64,000 nucleotides of DNA. Origin: Bryobacteraceae bacterium. Its GTDB lineage: Bacteria > Acidobacteriota > Terriglobia > Bryobacterales > Bryobacteraceae. The notes below the pieces were generated by a model. The model saw only the letters and a list, made by a program, of their open reading frames with translations, searched no databases and was not told the DNA's origin. How positions within the stretch are numbered: position 1 is the first letter of the stretch; each line of letters begins with the position of its first letter. Location: assembly GCA_035295865.1 (NCBI GenBank), contig DATGIH010000526.1:14066-78065 (forward strand), read 5' to 3'. The position numbers and the translations under genes are program-made. Shown here in pieces: positions 52,041-62,192 of this stretch.

Positions 52041-52435
52041 CCTGGAAAAGCTCCTTCTTTGGATTTCGACACAAGTTGGAGTAGCTTGATTACGTTATCA
52101 CTATTCCGAAAGCCTGGCAACGATATTTTTCAAGGTCCGGGCCACTGTGATGCGACCGACGATCGGAGCTTGTGAAGGATCGTAAATATGTTTCATCCTG
52201 CTCTGGAGATTTAAGCCCCAAGCAACTGAAAATCATTGCACGACGCCAGATGTACCTCTGGCTCAGTGATTCGCCGGCACGTAATGCCTTATGAATTATC
52301 GGCGAAATACACTAGTACTTATTCGACATTCAAACTCGGTGAATCTTCACAATGTACGCAGATTTCCGTGATAGACTTTACAAGCGACGCTTGGAGCAGG
52401 TGACTTCCGGCTTCGGTGCACGAGGAGGGTTCGTA

Positions 52436-55400
52436 GTGTTTAATCGAAAAGCGTTCTCATCTTTATTCTTGATTCTCGTCATAGCGCTGGTTGTTTCGAC
52501 AGGCGCGGCGAGTGCGGCAGTGGTCTGCACGCCCGGCTCGGGTACGGTTACCTGCACAGGCGGCCCCGGAGCTTCCGTCAGCTACAATAACCACACCGCT
52601 GGCACCACCGCGGACGGCTCTCCCTTCCCATCCACCATCCCAGTGACAGGAGGCTCCGGCACGGTTTCCAGCGTCACGGTGACATTGAATGGCTATAACG
52701 CATCTCCCGCCATCACGGGCTCCGGTTCGGCCGATGTCGGTATTTTGCTCACCGACCCCAACGGCAGAAATTTCCAATTCATTCGCGACGTCGGTAGGGG
52801 CACCAACGGCCAGACTAACTTAACGGTCAAGATACAGGACGGGGCCACGCAAATTCCCAGCGGCACGAACACTTGGACCACCAGCGGCACATTCGGCCCG
52901 ACCGCAAACGCAGGCGCCTTCGAAAATAGTCCAGCTTACGGCCTCGGTACGATCAACTCGGCGGCGCCGCTGGGAACTTCCACGTTCGCCAGCGTTTTCA
53001 CCGGCGAGCCCGTCAATGGAAATTGGAACCTCTATCTGGCCGATGATGGGACGGACGCCGCGGTCAGCTGGTCAAGCTGGGACATCACCATCAATTTCAC
53101 GGCCGCATCCAGTCCCAGCACTACGACGCTGAGCCCGAGCAATTCCACGCCTTTCACCTCCGGGACGAACAGCACTGTGACATTGACGGCCACGGTCACG
53201 TCGGGAGCGACGGGAACCGTCACGTTCAAGGACGGGAGCACCAACCTAACCTGCATCGGTGGAAATCCGGCGGCGCTCAGCGGCGGCAGCGCGACTTGCA
53301 GCACATCCTTTTCCACCGAAGGAATCCACGGGCTCTCTGCGAACTATTCGGGCGATGGAACCTTCGTGGCCAGTTCGGGCACCGCGAACATTTTCGCCAT
53401 GAATCACGCATCGAACCCGGTCAGCGGGACGTATTGCAACGCCGGAACCATTTCAAGCGATGGCGACTCGGAAGCCGGGTTCTCTCACACCGCGCCTTAT
53501 CCAACGGTAATTTTCGTGGGCGATGGCGTGAACACGGATATTACGAACTCGGTTTCCACCGTGTCGGTGAAGCTGTCGAACCTCACTCCCGGAGCTTCCA
53601 CCGACTTGCACATGTTGCTGGTGTCACCCGACCACTCGCACGCCCTCGATTTCTGGTCGAATGCCGGAGGATCTTCGGGGAACGGCGTCGGAGCTTACAA
53701 CATTCAAGATGGCGGTTCACAGCTACCCTGTGCATCCACGCTTACGCCCGGCACTTACGGGCCGACATCCTGCAGCGCGGACAGTAATCCGACTTCCGAC
53801 GGGTTCACACCCGGGCCGCCTAATCCGGCCCCGCAAGTGCCTGCCAGCTTCTCGCTCGCCCCGCCCGCAGGTTCAAGTAGCTTTGAAACCGCCTTCAACG
53901 GCGCCACCGCGCACGGTGCATGGTCGCTTTATATTTCGAACGAGTCGGGTTCGACCACTACTACGGCTTCCGGCGGTTGGTGCCTCAATATCACGGCCGC
54001 CACGGGACACCCGACAACCACCGCGGTCACCCCGAATCCGACCTTTGCCGCCTTGGGCCAGACGGTAACCTTTACCGCGACGGTATCAAGTTCACCTGCG
54101 GTAAATCAGGGAACTGTGACGTTCACAGAAAACGGCGCGCCCCTGGTGGGCGCCTTAAACAATGGGGTCGCCGGCGTTTCGGCAGGTGTGGCATCGGTCA
54201 CAACGAACCAGCTTCCGGAAGGCGATCATACCGTCACAGCCACGTATCACGACTCCTCGAACACATACAATGACAGCCTCGGCACCACTTCCATGCGCGT
54301 GGATAAGACCACCAGCACTCCTACACTTTCCGGCGCCACCTGGAGCTACTGCAATACTGGTGCGGTCACCATTCCGGCCGGCACTCTTACGGTCAACGAT
54401 ACCGGACCCGCGCAGCCGAACCCGTCGAATATTTTCGTCACTAATCTGCCAGGCACCATTTCAAACGTGAACGTCACGTTGAAAGGCCTGCACCTGGCCC
54501 ACGGCGCGAGCGATCTGGAGTCCCTGCTGGTGGGGCCGAACGGTGCAAATCAGCCTACCGCCGCTCAAACTCTGGACTTCTTCTCACTCGTGGACAACGG
54601 CACGGCGTTTGGCCCGCAAGACACCACCTTCGAGGATGGCTCGTCGCTGTCGTGCAATTCGGTCACCGCCATTTTTGCCACGAACGGTCCAACAAGTTGC
54701 GGTGCGACCTCGTACACGGCTAGTCTCTTTTACATGCTGCCCAGCCCCATCCACCAGGGCACCCCCACGGGCTCGTCTACGTTTGCTTCGGCCTACCAGA
54801 ACACGATTCCCAACGGCACCTGGAGCCTCTACTTCGACCAGCCCCAACACGATACAGGCAGCGGTTTGAACGGCGGCTGGTGTGCCAATTTCATCGAGAA
54901 TCCCGTCACCGGCATCGGGACCACGTCGCACACCGGTCCTGCGCCCAACAACCATATGCGGCAGGGCGGAACCGGCACGGTTACTTTGAGCTTGCTGAAC
55001 AACGGCGACTCCAACAGCCTGGGTTCGACGGGCGATCCGGACCAAGCCGTGGCCCACGCAATGACCGTCACGGGCACCCTCCCTGCGGGGCTGTCATTTG
55101 GAACTTTGCCCACCACGCCATGGAACTGCATAGGTGTTACCAACTCAGTGACCTGCACGAATTTGAGTGCGATCGCCGCCGGGTCCAGTTATCCGGCGCT
55201 CAATCTGCCGGTGGTTGTAGCTTCGAACGCCCCTGTCACGGCTACGGTGAGTGGATTCACGTTCGGCGGCGCCGGCATGTCAGCGGGAACTTTTTCGAGC
55301 GATACCATCACCATCGATCCGGCGCCCATCCTGGCCATTTCCAAGAACCACCTCGGAACGTTCACGCAGGGCTCAACCGCAACCTGGACCCTCCAGGTTT

Positions 55401-56908
55401 CGAATACCTCCGCCACCACAGCGGGCGCAACCGACGGTTCCACCGTAACGGTCACCGATACTCTGCCAACCGGTTATACGCTCTCCTCGGGAATAGGAAC
55501 AAACTGGAATTGCTCCGGAACTTCCACAGTTACTTGTACAACCACGGCTGTTGTCGCCGGCAATGGAGGAAGCTTCCCATTGATCACTCTCACAGTGAAC
55601 GTACCGGCCGGCTCTCCGACTTCGGTCAGCAATAGCGGCAGCGTATACGGCGGCGGCGATCTCGTTCACACCGTGAGCAATCAGGCGATCTCAAACACCG
55701 ACACAGTGAGCGTGGTGCAGGTTCCAGCGAAGATCGTCATCAACGGCAGCCAAACGCAATCGACCGGAGTCAACACCGCGTTCGGAAGTTTGGCCGTCAC
55801 GATTGAAGACGCGAGCAATGTCGTCATCCCGAATTACTCTTCGGTAGTGTTCACGGCCACAACGGGAAGTAATGGCCAGAGCGGAACCTTCGGCAATACA
55901 ACTGGAACCACGACCATTAGCGCGAACGCGAGCGGGATTGCAGATCCCGGCACGTTCACCGCGAACGGAAAAGTGGGTACATATTCCGTTGGCGTCACCG
56001 CCGGAAGCGCGACGACCAGCTTCACTCTGACGAACACGGGAACCGCGGCGGTGATTACGAACGTCACGTCCACCACTGCAAACGGATCGTATACCGTCGG
56101 CGCGATGATCAACGTCACGGTCACGTTTAACAAAACGGTGAACGTGACGGGTACGCCGCTGCTGGCTCTCAATTCGGGCGGAACTGCCAGCTTCAGCTCC
56201 GGATCGGGATCGGCGAATTTGTCGTTCATTTATACGGTCGCAGCCGGTCAAAATAGTTCGCGCCTGGATGCTACCTCGACTAGCGCGCTGTCGCTCAACG
56301 GCGGAACCATCCAAGACACCAGCGGCACGGCCGCGGTCCTGACACTGCCTACGCCTGGTGCGGCGGGGTCGTTGGGAGCGAATAAAAACATCGTGATCGA
56401 CACGACATCGCCGACGGTGGTCAGTTACTCGGTGGATTTCGGCAGCCAGGCGTACAACCTGACTGGCGCATCGCGCACCACGCATCTTCCTTGGAGCGTG
56501 ACGGGAGTCACCGTAGTATTTTCGAAGCCAATCGCCACCGCAAACGCGGCGAGCCTTGGCGGGATTTCCGCCACGGGGTTGTCTGGCCTCGGAACATCCA
56601 CCCTAACCTGGACCTTCCCGGCGATCACCAATGCTACACTCAGCACCACGCTCGCCGGCAGCGGACCCAATGCAATCAAGGACGCTGCGGGCAACGCGTT
56701 GTCGGGAGGGGCTGGGTTTAGTCAGTCCTTCAGCGTTTTGTATGGCGATTTCAATGGAGATGGTGTAGTGAATGCGAGCGACCTAACATTGGTCAACAAC
56801 GCTACGCACGCTCCTTATAACATCTTCGCGGATTTGAATGGCGATGGTGTGGTGAATGCGACCGATGTCAACATCGCCCGTACCAGAATTGGTAATTCCC
56901 AGCAGTGA
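52436..56908 (+). CDS. Giant secreted surface protein: three P-domain-like modules, Ig-like and DUF11-like repeats, C-terminal dockerin
   Basis: The GTG at 52436 follows a GGAGGG SD and opens the signal peptide (M)FNRKAFSSLFLILVIALVVSTGAASA; the track ORF starts at 52352. P-domain-like ends: NGNWNLYLADD, HGAWSLYISNESG, NGTWSLYFDQ. Ig-like TVTFKDGSTNLTC. DUF11-like TWTLQVSNTS...VTDTLPTGYTL. Dockerin duplicate GDFNGDGVVNASDL / ADLNGDGVVNATDV. Confidence 0.85.
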   Translation: MFNRKAFSSLFLILVIALVVSTGAASAAVVCTPGSGTVTCTGGPGASVSYNNHTAGTTADGSPFPSTIPVTGGSGTVSSVTVTLNGYNASPAITGSGSADVGILLTDPNGRNFQFIRDVGRGTNGQTNLTVKIQDGATQIPSGTNTWTTSGTFGPTANAGAFENSPAYGLGTINSAAPLGTSTFASVFTGEPVNGNWNLYLADDGTDAAVSWSSWDITINFTAASSPSTTTLSPSNSTPFTSGTNSTVTLTATVTSGATGTVTFKDGSTNLTCIGGNPAALSGGSATCSTSFSTEGIHGLSANYSGDGTFVASSGTANIFAMNHASNPVSGTYCNAGTISSDGDSEAGFSHTAPYPTVIFVGDGVNTDITNSVSTVSVKLSNLTPGASTDLHMLLVSPDHSHALDFWSNAGGSSGNGVGAYNIQDGGSQLPCASTLTPGTYGPTSCSADSNPTSDGFTPGPPNPAPQVPASFSLAPPAGSSSFETAFNGATAHGAWSLYISNESGSTTTTASGGWCLNITAATGHPTTTAVTPNPTFAALGQTVTFTATVSSSPAVNQGTVTFTENGAPLVGALNNGVAGVSAGVASVTTNQLPEGDHTVTATYHDSSNTYNDSLGTTSMRVDKTTSTPTLSGATWSYCNTGAVTIPAGTLTVNDTGPAQPNPSNIFVTNLPGTISNVNVTLKGLHLAHGASDLESLLVGPNGANQPTAAQTLDFFSLVDNGTAFGPQDTTFEDGSSLSCNSVTAIFATNGPTSCGATSYTASLFYMLPSPIHQGTPTGSSTFASAYQNTIPNGTWSLYFDQPQHDTGSGLNGGWCANFIENPVTGIGTTSHTGPAPNNHMRQGGTGTVTLSLLNNGDSNSLGSTGDPDQAVAHAMTVTGTLPAGLSFGTLPTTPWNCIGVTNSVTCTNLSAIAAGSSYPALNLPVVVASNAPVTATVSGFTFGGAGMSAGTFSSDTITIDPAPILAISKNHLGTFTQGSTATWTLQVSNTSATTAGATDGSTVTVTDTLPTGYTLSSGIGTNWNCSGTSTVTCTTTAVVAGNGGSFPLITLTVNVPAGSPTSVSNSGSVYGGGDLVHTVSNQAISNTDTVSVVQVPAKIVINGSQTQSTGVNTAFGSLAVTIEDASNVVIPNYSSVVFTATTGSNGQSGTFGNTTGTTTISANASGIADPGTFTANGKVGTYSVGVTAGSATTSFTLTNTGTAAVITNVTSTTANGSYTVGAMINVTVTFNKTVNVTGTPLLALNSGGTASFSSGSGSANLSFIYTVAAGQNSSRLDATSTSALSLNGGTIQDTSGTAAVLTLPTPGAAGSLGANKNIVIDTTSPTVVSYSVDFGSQAYNLTGASRTTHLPWSVTGVTVVFSKPIATANAASLGGISATGLSGLGTSTLTWTFPAITNATLSTTLAGSGPNAIKDAAGNALSGGAGFSQSFSVLYGDFNGDGVVNASDLTLVNNATHAPYNIFADLNGDGVVNATDVNIARTRIGNSQQ

Positions 56909-56927
56909 GGACTGAACGGAGACTGTC

Positions 56928-57581
56928 ATGAAAAATAAAATGCAATACTTCCGGCTTGGATTATTGGTGCCTGCGTTCGCTGCTCTGCTGATTTCTTCGA
57001 CGCCGCTACGCGCGGACTTCATCTTTAGCCTCGATCCGGTCATCACCGCCCAAGCAGGTTCGACTGGAAACGTTTTCGACGTCCTGTTGAAAAATCTCGG
57101 AGCATCGACGGTCACCGTAGGAAGCTTCTCATTCGGCATCACGACGGCGAATACCGATATCACGTTCACTAACGCGGATACCTCCACGACAGCTCCCTAC
57201 ATTTTTGCTGGAGATTCGTTCGACGACATGAACGGATTCACGCTTTACACGAACTCTCTACCCGGTCAAACGGTGGAGGCTGCTGACGCATCAGCCAGCT
57301 TGGTAGGGGCCAGCGTCGGAGCCGGTGTGACCGTTGGAGTAGGCCGCATTATGTTTGACATTGCGAACGGCGCCACTCCTGGCCCGTTCGCTGTGACCTT
57401 CGAGGCATCGCCCACGACTGGCCTTTCCGATACCAACGGCAACGGTCTTGACTTCACCACAACGGACGGCACGATTACCATCACGCCCGCCACAAATCCT
57501 GTTCCCGAACCAGCGCAGGCCACCCTGCTGTTCTGCGCTTTCGCGGGAATCGTGCTTTTAAGCAAGCGCCGCCGCCCGTAA
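56928..57581 (+). CDS. PEP-CTERM anchored protein with cohesin-like domain
   Basis: Signal peptide. A ~150-aa beta-rich domain follows (AQAGSTGNVFDVLLKNLG..., VGRIMFDIANGATPGPFAVTFE, DFTTTDGTITI) that resembles cohesin modules. C-terminal VPEPAQATLLFCAFAGIVLLSKRRRP is a PEP-CTERM sorting signal. Confidence 0.75.
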   Translation: MKNKMQYFRLGLLVPAFAALLISSTPLRADFIFSLDPVITAQAGSTGNVFDVLLKNLGASTVTVGSFSFGITTANTDITFTNADTSTTAPYIFAGDSFDDMNGFTLYTNSLPGQTVEAADASASLVGASVGAGVTVGVGRIMFDIANGATPGPFAVTFEASPTTGLSDTNGNGLDFTTTDGTITITPATNPVPEPAQATLLFCAFAGIVLLSKRRRP

Positions 57582-57608
57582 ACGCCCGATCTTCGTTACA
57601 ATGCACGG

Positions 57609-59186
57609 ATGCCAATCCGTAAAGCTGCTTTCCTAATCGCGCTCACCGCCGCGATTCTCGGCGCCGCCGAATCCGCCAAAGACAAAGCCATGAAGGCCGA
57701 TCTCGCCGGCCAGATCGACGCCATGCGCGATCAGGTGCAGATCATGGTGGACACCATCTTCAGCTTCGGCGAGCTCGGCTTTCAGGAATACGAAACCTCG
57801 AAATACTTGACGACCATGCTCGAAGCGGAAGGATTCACCGTGGAGCGCGGCATCGCCGGAATTCCCACCGCGTGGATGGCCACTTGGGGATCGGGCAAGC
57901 CGGTGATTGCGCTCGGCTCCGATATCGATTGCATCCCGCAAGCTTCACAGAAGCCCGGCGTGGCGTATCACGATCCGCTGGTCGAAGGCGCGCCCGGACA
58001 CGGCGAGGGTCACAATTCGGGGCAAGCGGTGAATATCGTGGCGGCGCTCGCGGTGAAGCGGCTCATGGAACGCGAGCACATTCAAGGCACCATCAAGATC
58101 TGGCCGGGGGTCGCCGAAGAGCTGCTCGGATCGAAAGCGTATTACGTCCGCGCCGGATATTTCAAAGACGTCGATGTCACGCTCTTCTCGCACGTCAGCA
58201 GCAAATTCAACGCGCCTTGGGGTGAAACGCTCGGCAGCGGATTGGTTTCCGTAGAGTATCTGTTCAAAGGCGAGAGTTCGCACAGCGCGGGAGCTCCCTG
58301 GCGCGGACGCAGCGCGCTCGACGCGGTAGAACTGATGGACTCCGGGTGGAACTTCCGCCGCGAGCATCTGCGCTTGCAGCAGCGGTCGCATTACGTGATC
58401 ACCGATGGCGGCGATCAGCCGAACGTGGTGCCTCCAACGGCCGCCGTCTGGTATTACTTCCGCGAGCTGGATTATCCGCACATCAAAGGACTGTGGGAGA
58501 TCGGCGACAAGATGGCGCAAGGCGCGACATTGATGACCGACACGACGTTCACCGAGCGCGTTCTCGGCGAGGCATGGCCCGTGCATATGAATAAGCCGAT
58601 CGCGGAAGCCATGTACGCGAACATCAAGCAAGTCGGACTGCCGACGTGGACGGAGGACGATCAGAAACTGGCGAAGGCGATCCAAAAAGAGCTGAAGGTG
58701 AAAGAGGAGGGTCTGGCGACCAAGATCGACGAACAGAAACCGCCTCCGAAAGAGGAAGAGAAGATGGGCGGCGGTTCAGACGACATCGGCGACATTTCGT
58801 GGACCGTGCCGACCGTCACGCTTTGGTTCCCGTCGAACATCCCGAATATGCCCGGCCACAATTGGGCTGACGCGATCGCGATGGCGACGCCAATCGCGCA
58901 CAAAGGCGCGGTCGCAGGCGCGAAAGTGCAGGCGATGACGATGCTCGATCTGCTGACGCATCCGGATCTGGTGCAGCAGGCCTGGGATTACTACAAGAAT
59001 GTTCAGACCAAAGACGTGAAGTACACGCCGCTGATGCGTCCCGAAGATAAGCCCGCGATTTGGCTGAACGAAAAGCGGATGGAGAAGTACCGGCCGCTGA
59101 TGAAGCCGTTCTACTACGATTCGAAGAAGTACAAAACATACCTGGAGCAGTTAGGGATCAAGTATCCCACTGTCCGGACTCAGTAA
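57609..59186 (+). CDS. Secreted M20 family amidohydrolase (AbgB-like)
   Basis: Signal peptide. Metal-binding context GHGEGHNSGQ and overall M20D/AbgB-like layout. Confidence 0.7.
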   Translation: MPIRKAAFLIALTAAILGAAESAKDKAMKADLAGQIDAMRDQVQIMVDTIFSFGELGFQEYETSKYLTTMLEAEGFTVERGIAGIPTAWMATWGSGKPVIALGSDIDCIPQASQKPGVAYHDPLVEGAPGHGEGHNSGQAVNIVAALAVKRLMEREHIQGTIKIWPGVAEELLGSKAYYVRAGYFKDVDVTLFSHVSSKFNAPWGETLGSGLVSVEYLFKGESSHSAGAPWRGRSALDAVELMDSGWNFRREHLRLQQRSHYVITDGGDQPNVVPPTAAVWYYFRELDYPHIKGLWEIGDKMAQGATLMTDTTFTERVLGEAWPVHMNKPIAEAMYANIKQVGLPTWTEDDQKLAKAIQKELKVKEEGLATKIDEQKPPPKEEEKMGGGSDDIGDISWTVPTVTLWFPSNIPNMPGHNWADAIAMATPIAHKGAVAGAKVQAMTMLDLLTHPDLVQQAWDYYKNVQTKDVKYTPLMRPEDKPAIWLNEKRMEKYRPLMKPFYYDSKKYKTYLEQLGIKYPTVRTQ

Positions 59187-59195
59187 ATTCGCAAC

Positions 59196-60848
59196 TCAGA
59201 GAGTTGCGCCACTTCCCTTTTGCAGATGATCGGCTAGGCGGTAGGCTAGAGCCTGGATCGTCGCGGTGGGTTGTTGGCGGGCGCAGGTTACCAGGCTGCT
59301 GCCGTCCACTAAATACAAGTTGGGAACGTTGTGCACGCGATTCCACTTGTTCACCACGCTCAACTTCGGATCGTCGCCCATGCGGCAGCTTCCCATCAGG
59401 TGCCGGGAGTATGACGTTTCCCCGAGCGTGGTGGGATCGTGCCAGACTTTCGTCGCGCCGGCGGCCAGCAGAATTTCTTTCTGCCGCTCGATCAGAAAAT
59501 CCGCCGCTTTCAAATCATCCGGATGATTCTTGAACGTCACACGCAGCGCGGGCAATCCCCAGGCGTCCTTCACTTTGTCATCCAGTGAAATACTGTTCTG
59601 TTCCACCGCAAGGCAACTGACGTGCCCGAGACTCCCGCCGCAGTGCGTGTAATATTGCGCGAGATTTCGTTTCCATTCCGAACCCCACTGCGGACCATCG
59701 GGCGGCATACCGCCGATCGCGTAACCGGCCGGATAGTAATCCATGCGGCTGTCGAGTCCACCGCCTCCGTAAAAACCACGCTTCGGATCGGTACGGTAAA
59801 AATCGTGCAGTACGCGCGTCACTACGACGCTCTTGTATTCGTTTAACGGATGATCGAACAATCCGAACGCGAGTCCGCCGTTGTCGAACATCAAATATTT
59901 TCCGACGTTGCCGTGCGAGTTTCCCAGGCCATCGGGAAAAGCGTTCGACTTGGACATCAGCAACAGGCGCGGAGTCTCGGCGCCATTCGCGCAAACCACA
60001 ACTGCTTTGGCGCGCTGGAAAACTTCACGGCCGTCCGCGTCGAAATAGATGACGCCGGTGACGCGGCCGTCCTTTCCTGTTTCGATTTTGCGCGCATACG
60101 AGTTCGGACGAATCTCGCAGCGTCCGGTTTTCACGGCAGCCGGAATCACGGCAGCCAGCGTGCTCGATTTCGCGCCCACTTCGCATCCGAACGCCTCGCA
60201 GTACCCGCAGTGGACGCAGCCTGCACGTCCTTTATATTGCTGCGATAGAACAGCAACCGGAGCGGGGAAAGGATGCAGTCCCAACTTTTTCGCGCCGCGC
60301 TCAAACAATACGCCGGACGATTTCACCGGCATCGGCGGCAACGGATATGGCTTGCTGCGCGGTCCATCGAAGGGGTTCGATCCGCCAAGTCCGGAAATGC
60401 CTAGGTCCCACTCGGCTTTCGTGTAGTACGGTTCGAGATCGTCGTACGTAATGGGCCAGTCGCGCAGATCCGCGCCGGGAATGGCGCCGAGCGTTGATCG
60501 TTCACGAAAATCTTCCGGATGAAAGCGCCAATAGTTCGACGTGAAGTGGACCGATCCGCCACCCACCATGCAGCCGTACTCCACGGCTTGTTGCTGCACG
60601 GCTTGGTCCGACGGCGTTTTGCGAAAAGTATTGAGCTGCTTCTTCGGATTATTGGTAAGTCCGGCGCGGAACATCACGGCGACTTCGTCATGCTTGAAAT
60701 CTTTTTCATGGCGCCACGGTCCCTGTTCCAGCGCGACTACACGGAAGCCTGCGGTGGATAGCTCCTTCGCCATTACACCGCCGGCTGCTCCGATACCGAC
60801 CACGATGAAATCCACCGTTTCGGCCGGACGAAATTGCGCCATGCTCAT
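59196..60848 (-). CDS. GMC family FAD-dependent oxidoreductase (gluconate 2-dehydrogenase flavoprotein-like)
   Basis: VDFIVVGIGAAGGVMAKEL dinucleotide fold and the C-terminal GSCRMGDDPKLSVV block. Confidence 0.85.
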   Translation of the reverse strand: MSMAQFRPAETVDFIVVGIGAAGGVMAKELSTAGFRVVALEQGPWRHEKDFKHDEVAVMFRAGLTNNPKKQLNTFRKTPSDQAVQQQAVEYGCMVGGGSVHFTSNYWRFHPEDFRERSTLGAIPGADLRDWPITYDDLEPYYTKAEWDLGISGLGGSNPFDGPRSKPYPLPPMPVKSSGVLFERGAKKLGLHPFPAPVAVLSQQYKGRAGCVHCGYCEAFGCEVGAKSSTLAAVIPAAVKTGRCEIRPNSYARKIETGKDGRVTGVIYFDADGREVFQRAKAVVVCANGAETPRLLLMSKSNAFPDGLGNSHGNVGKYLMFDNGGLAFGLFDHPLNEYKSVVVTRVLHDFYRTDPKRGFYGGGGLDSRMDYYPAGYAIGGMPPDGPQWGSEWKRNLAQYYTHCGGSLGHVSCLAVEQNSISLDDKVKDAWGLPALRVTFKNHPDDLKAADFLIERQKEILLAAGATKVWHDPTTLGETSYSRHLMGSCRMGDDPKLSVVNKWNRVHNVPNLYLVDGSSLVTCARQQPTATIQALAYRLADHLQKGSGATL

Positions 60849-61339
60849 TTCGAGATCTCCGCGTCGTAGTAGCCGAACGGCGGTTCCCAGGTCATCCGAT
60901 GCTCGACGCCCAGGAACTTGATTCCCTCCGGCTGGCCGAAGAATCCGAGAATCGTGTGCTGCCGGACCTGTTGAAAGAAATCCGTTTTCTCAATCGCTTT
61001 CAGCAACGCGATCTTCTGGTCATCTGACAAGCTCGTGATGGAGGTGGATCCAGGAAACATCTCCGCGCGTTTGGCTTGGGTTTGCGCGAGGCCAGTTCTG
61101 TAGAGCTGCTGCTTGTCTTGATCGAAGCCGGCGAGCGAGCGATCGATGAACAGAATTACGTTCGCGGATTCCGCGCCTGGCCCGCCATCGGCTGGAATAA
61201 TCTGATCCGCGATGGTTTTGATTTCCCCCGCGTCCGCCGCGTTGAACCAAACGAACTGGTTCGAGGGAGCAGGCTGGGCGCGCAAGATCTCCGCCCAACA
61301 GGCAGCGGCCAGCCCCCATTCGCGTCGAGTGATGTTCAT
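60845..61339 (-). CDS. Gluconate 2-dehydrogenase subunit 3 family protein (Tat signal)
   Basis: Twin-arginine N-terminus MNITRREWGLAAA. Small size and a 4-nt overlap with the GMC gene, as in two- or three-subunit membrane dehydrogenases. Confidence 0.65.
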   Translation of the reverse strand: MNITRREWGLAAACWAEILRAQPAPSNQFVWFNAADAGEIKTIADQIIPADGGPGAESANVILFIDRSLAGFDQDKQQLYRTGLAQTQAKRAEMFPGSTSITSLSDDQKIALLKAIEKTDFFQQVRQHTILGFFGQPEGIKFLGVEHRMTWEPPFGYYDAEISK

Positions 61340-61349
61340 GGATCACTCA

Positions 61350-62192
61350 TTATACGCCGCACCAACTTGAAAGATCGCGCTTCAGCAAGGCGCCAAGCTT
61401 TTCGACATCGGCGCGATAGAAATTACTTAAGAACGCTCGATCGGCGGACTCCATCGCCACAGCCGGCGCGCCAGCTTCCAGATACCGCCGCGACATGTCC
61501 GGGCGGAAGCGCGTGTCCACTTCCAGGAAGCGAAAAATGTCCGCCAGCATTCGCAGCGGTTTCGACTTGTACTCCTCGTACCAATAGATGCGGACTTGCT
61601 CTTTTGGAAAAACGTCGAGCACGCGTTTGACCTGATCGTGATAAAGACCGAGATCGAGGAACGGGTGGAAAATATCGAATCCGCCGCCGCGCTGCTCCAG
61701 CCCTTTTTGGATCGCCTCGCCAAACGAGAGACTCGATCCCTCGCTTCTTCGGTTGTGCAGGTACATCGAGAAGACCATGTCCACCGGATTGCGCAAGATC
61801 AAAATGATCCGTGCCTTCGGGAGATCGCGCCGGATATTTGCCGCGGCCGATTCCGACCAGAGATAGCAAACGCTCGCTTCTCCAATGGCCTTCTGGTCCT
61901 CGGCTTTGCGGAACAATCGCAAATAATCGGACCATTCGGTGACCATTCCGCCGAACCGCTTCTCGCGCATCGGCCCGTTCAAGTACGCACGCAGCGTGGG
62001 CCCATCTTTTTCCGCGCGCGGCCGCAGCCATTCACTGAAGTTTTCCAGGCGAATCTCGGAAGCGAAATAGTTCGGCTCCTTGATGCGGCTCATGTGGATA
62101 TCCGGATGCTGATCTAAATAGTGATAGAGGGAAGTTGTGCCAGACTTCGGCGCGCCGGCTATGAAAAAGTTCGGAAGCTTAGGAGGTTTCAC
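61350..62192 (-). CDS. Sulfotransferase family protein
   Basis: 5'-PSB motif FFIAGAPKSGTTSL and 3'-PB-like RNPVDMVFS. Confidence 0.8.
   Translation of the reverse strand: MKPPKLPNFFIAGAPKSGTTSLYHYLDQHPDIHMSRIKEPNYFASEIRLENFSEWLRPRAEKDGPTLRAYLNGPMREKRFGGMVTEWSDYLRLFRKAEDQKAIGEASVCYLWSESAAANIRRDLPKARIILILRNPVDMVFSMYLHNRRSEGSSLSFGEAIQKGLEQRGGGFDIFHPFLDLGLYHDQVKRVLDVFPKEQVRIYWYEEYKSKPLRMLADIFRFLEVDTRFRPDMSRRYLEAGAPAVAMESADRAFLSNFYRADVEKLGALLKRDLSSWCGV

Noticed and set aside
52352-52435. 28-codon N-terminal extension of the giant surface protein
   Set aside because: The extension is basic and non-hydrophobic. The GTG at 52436 is preceded by GGAGGG at proper spacing and directly opens a canonical signal peptide. 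The upstream ATG cannot be excluded without data.
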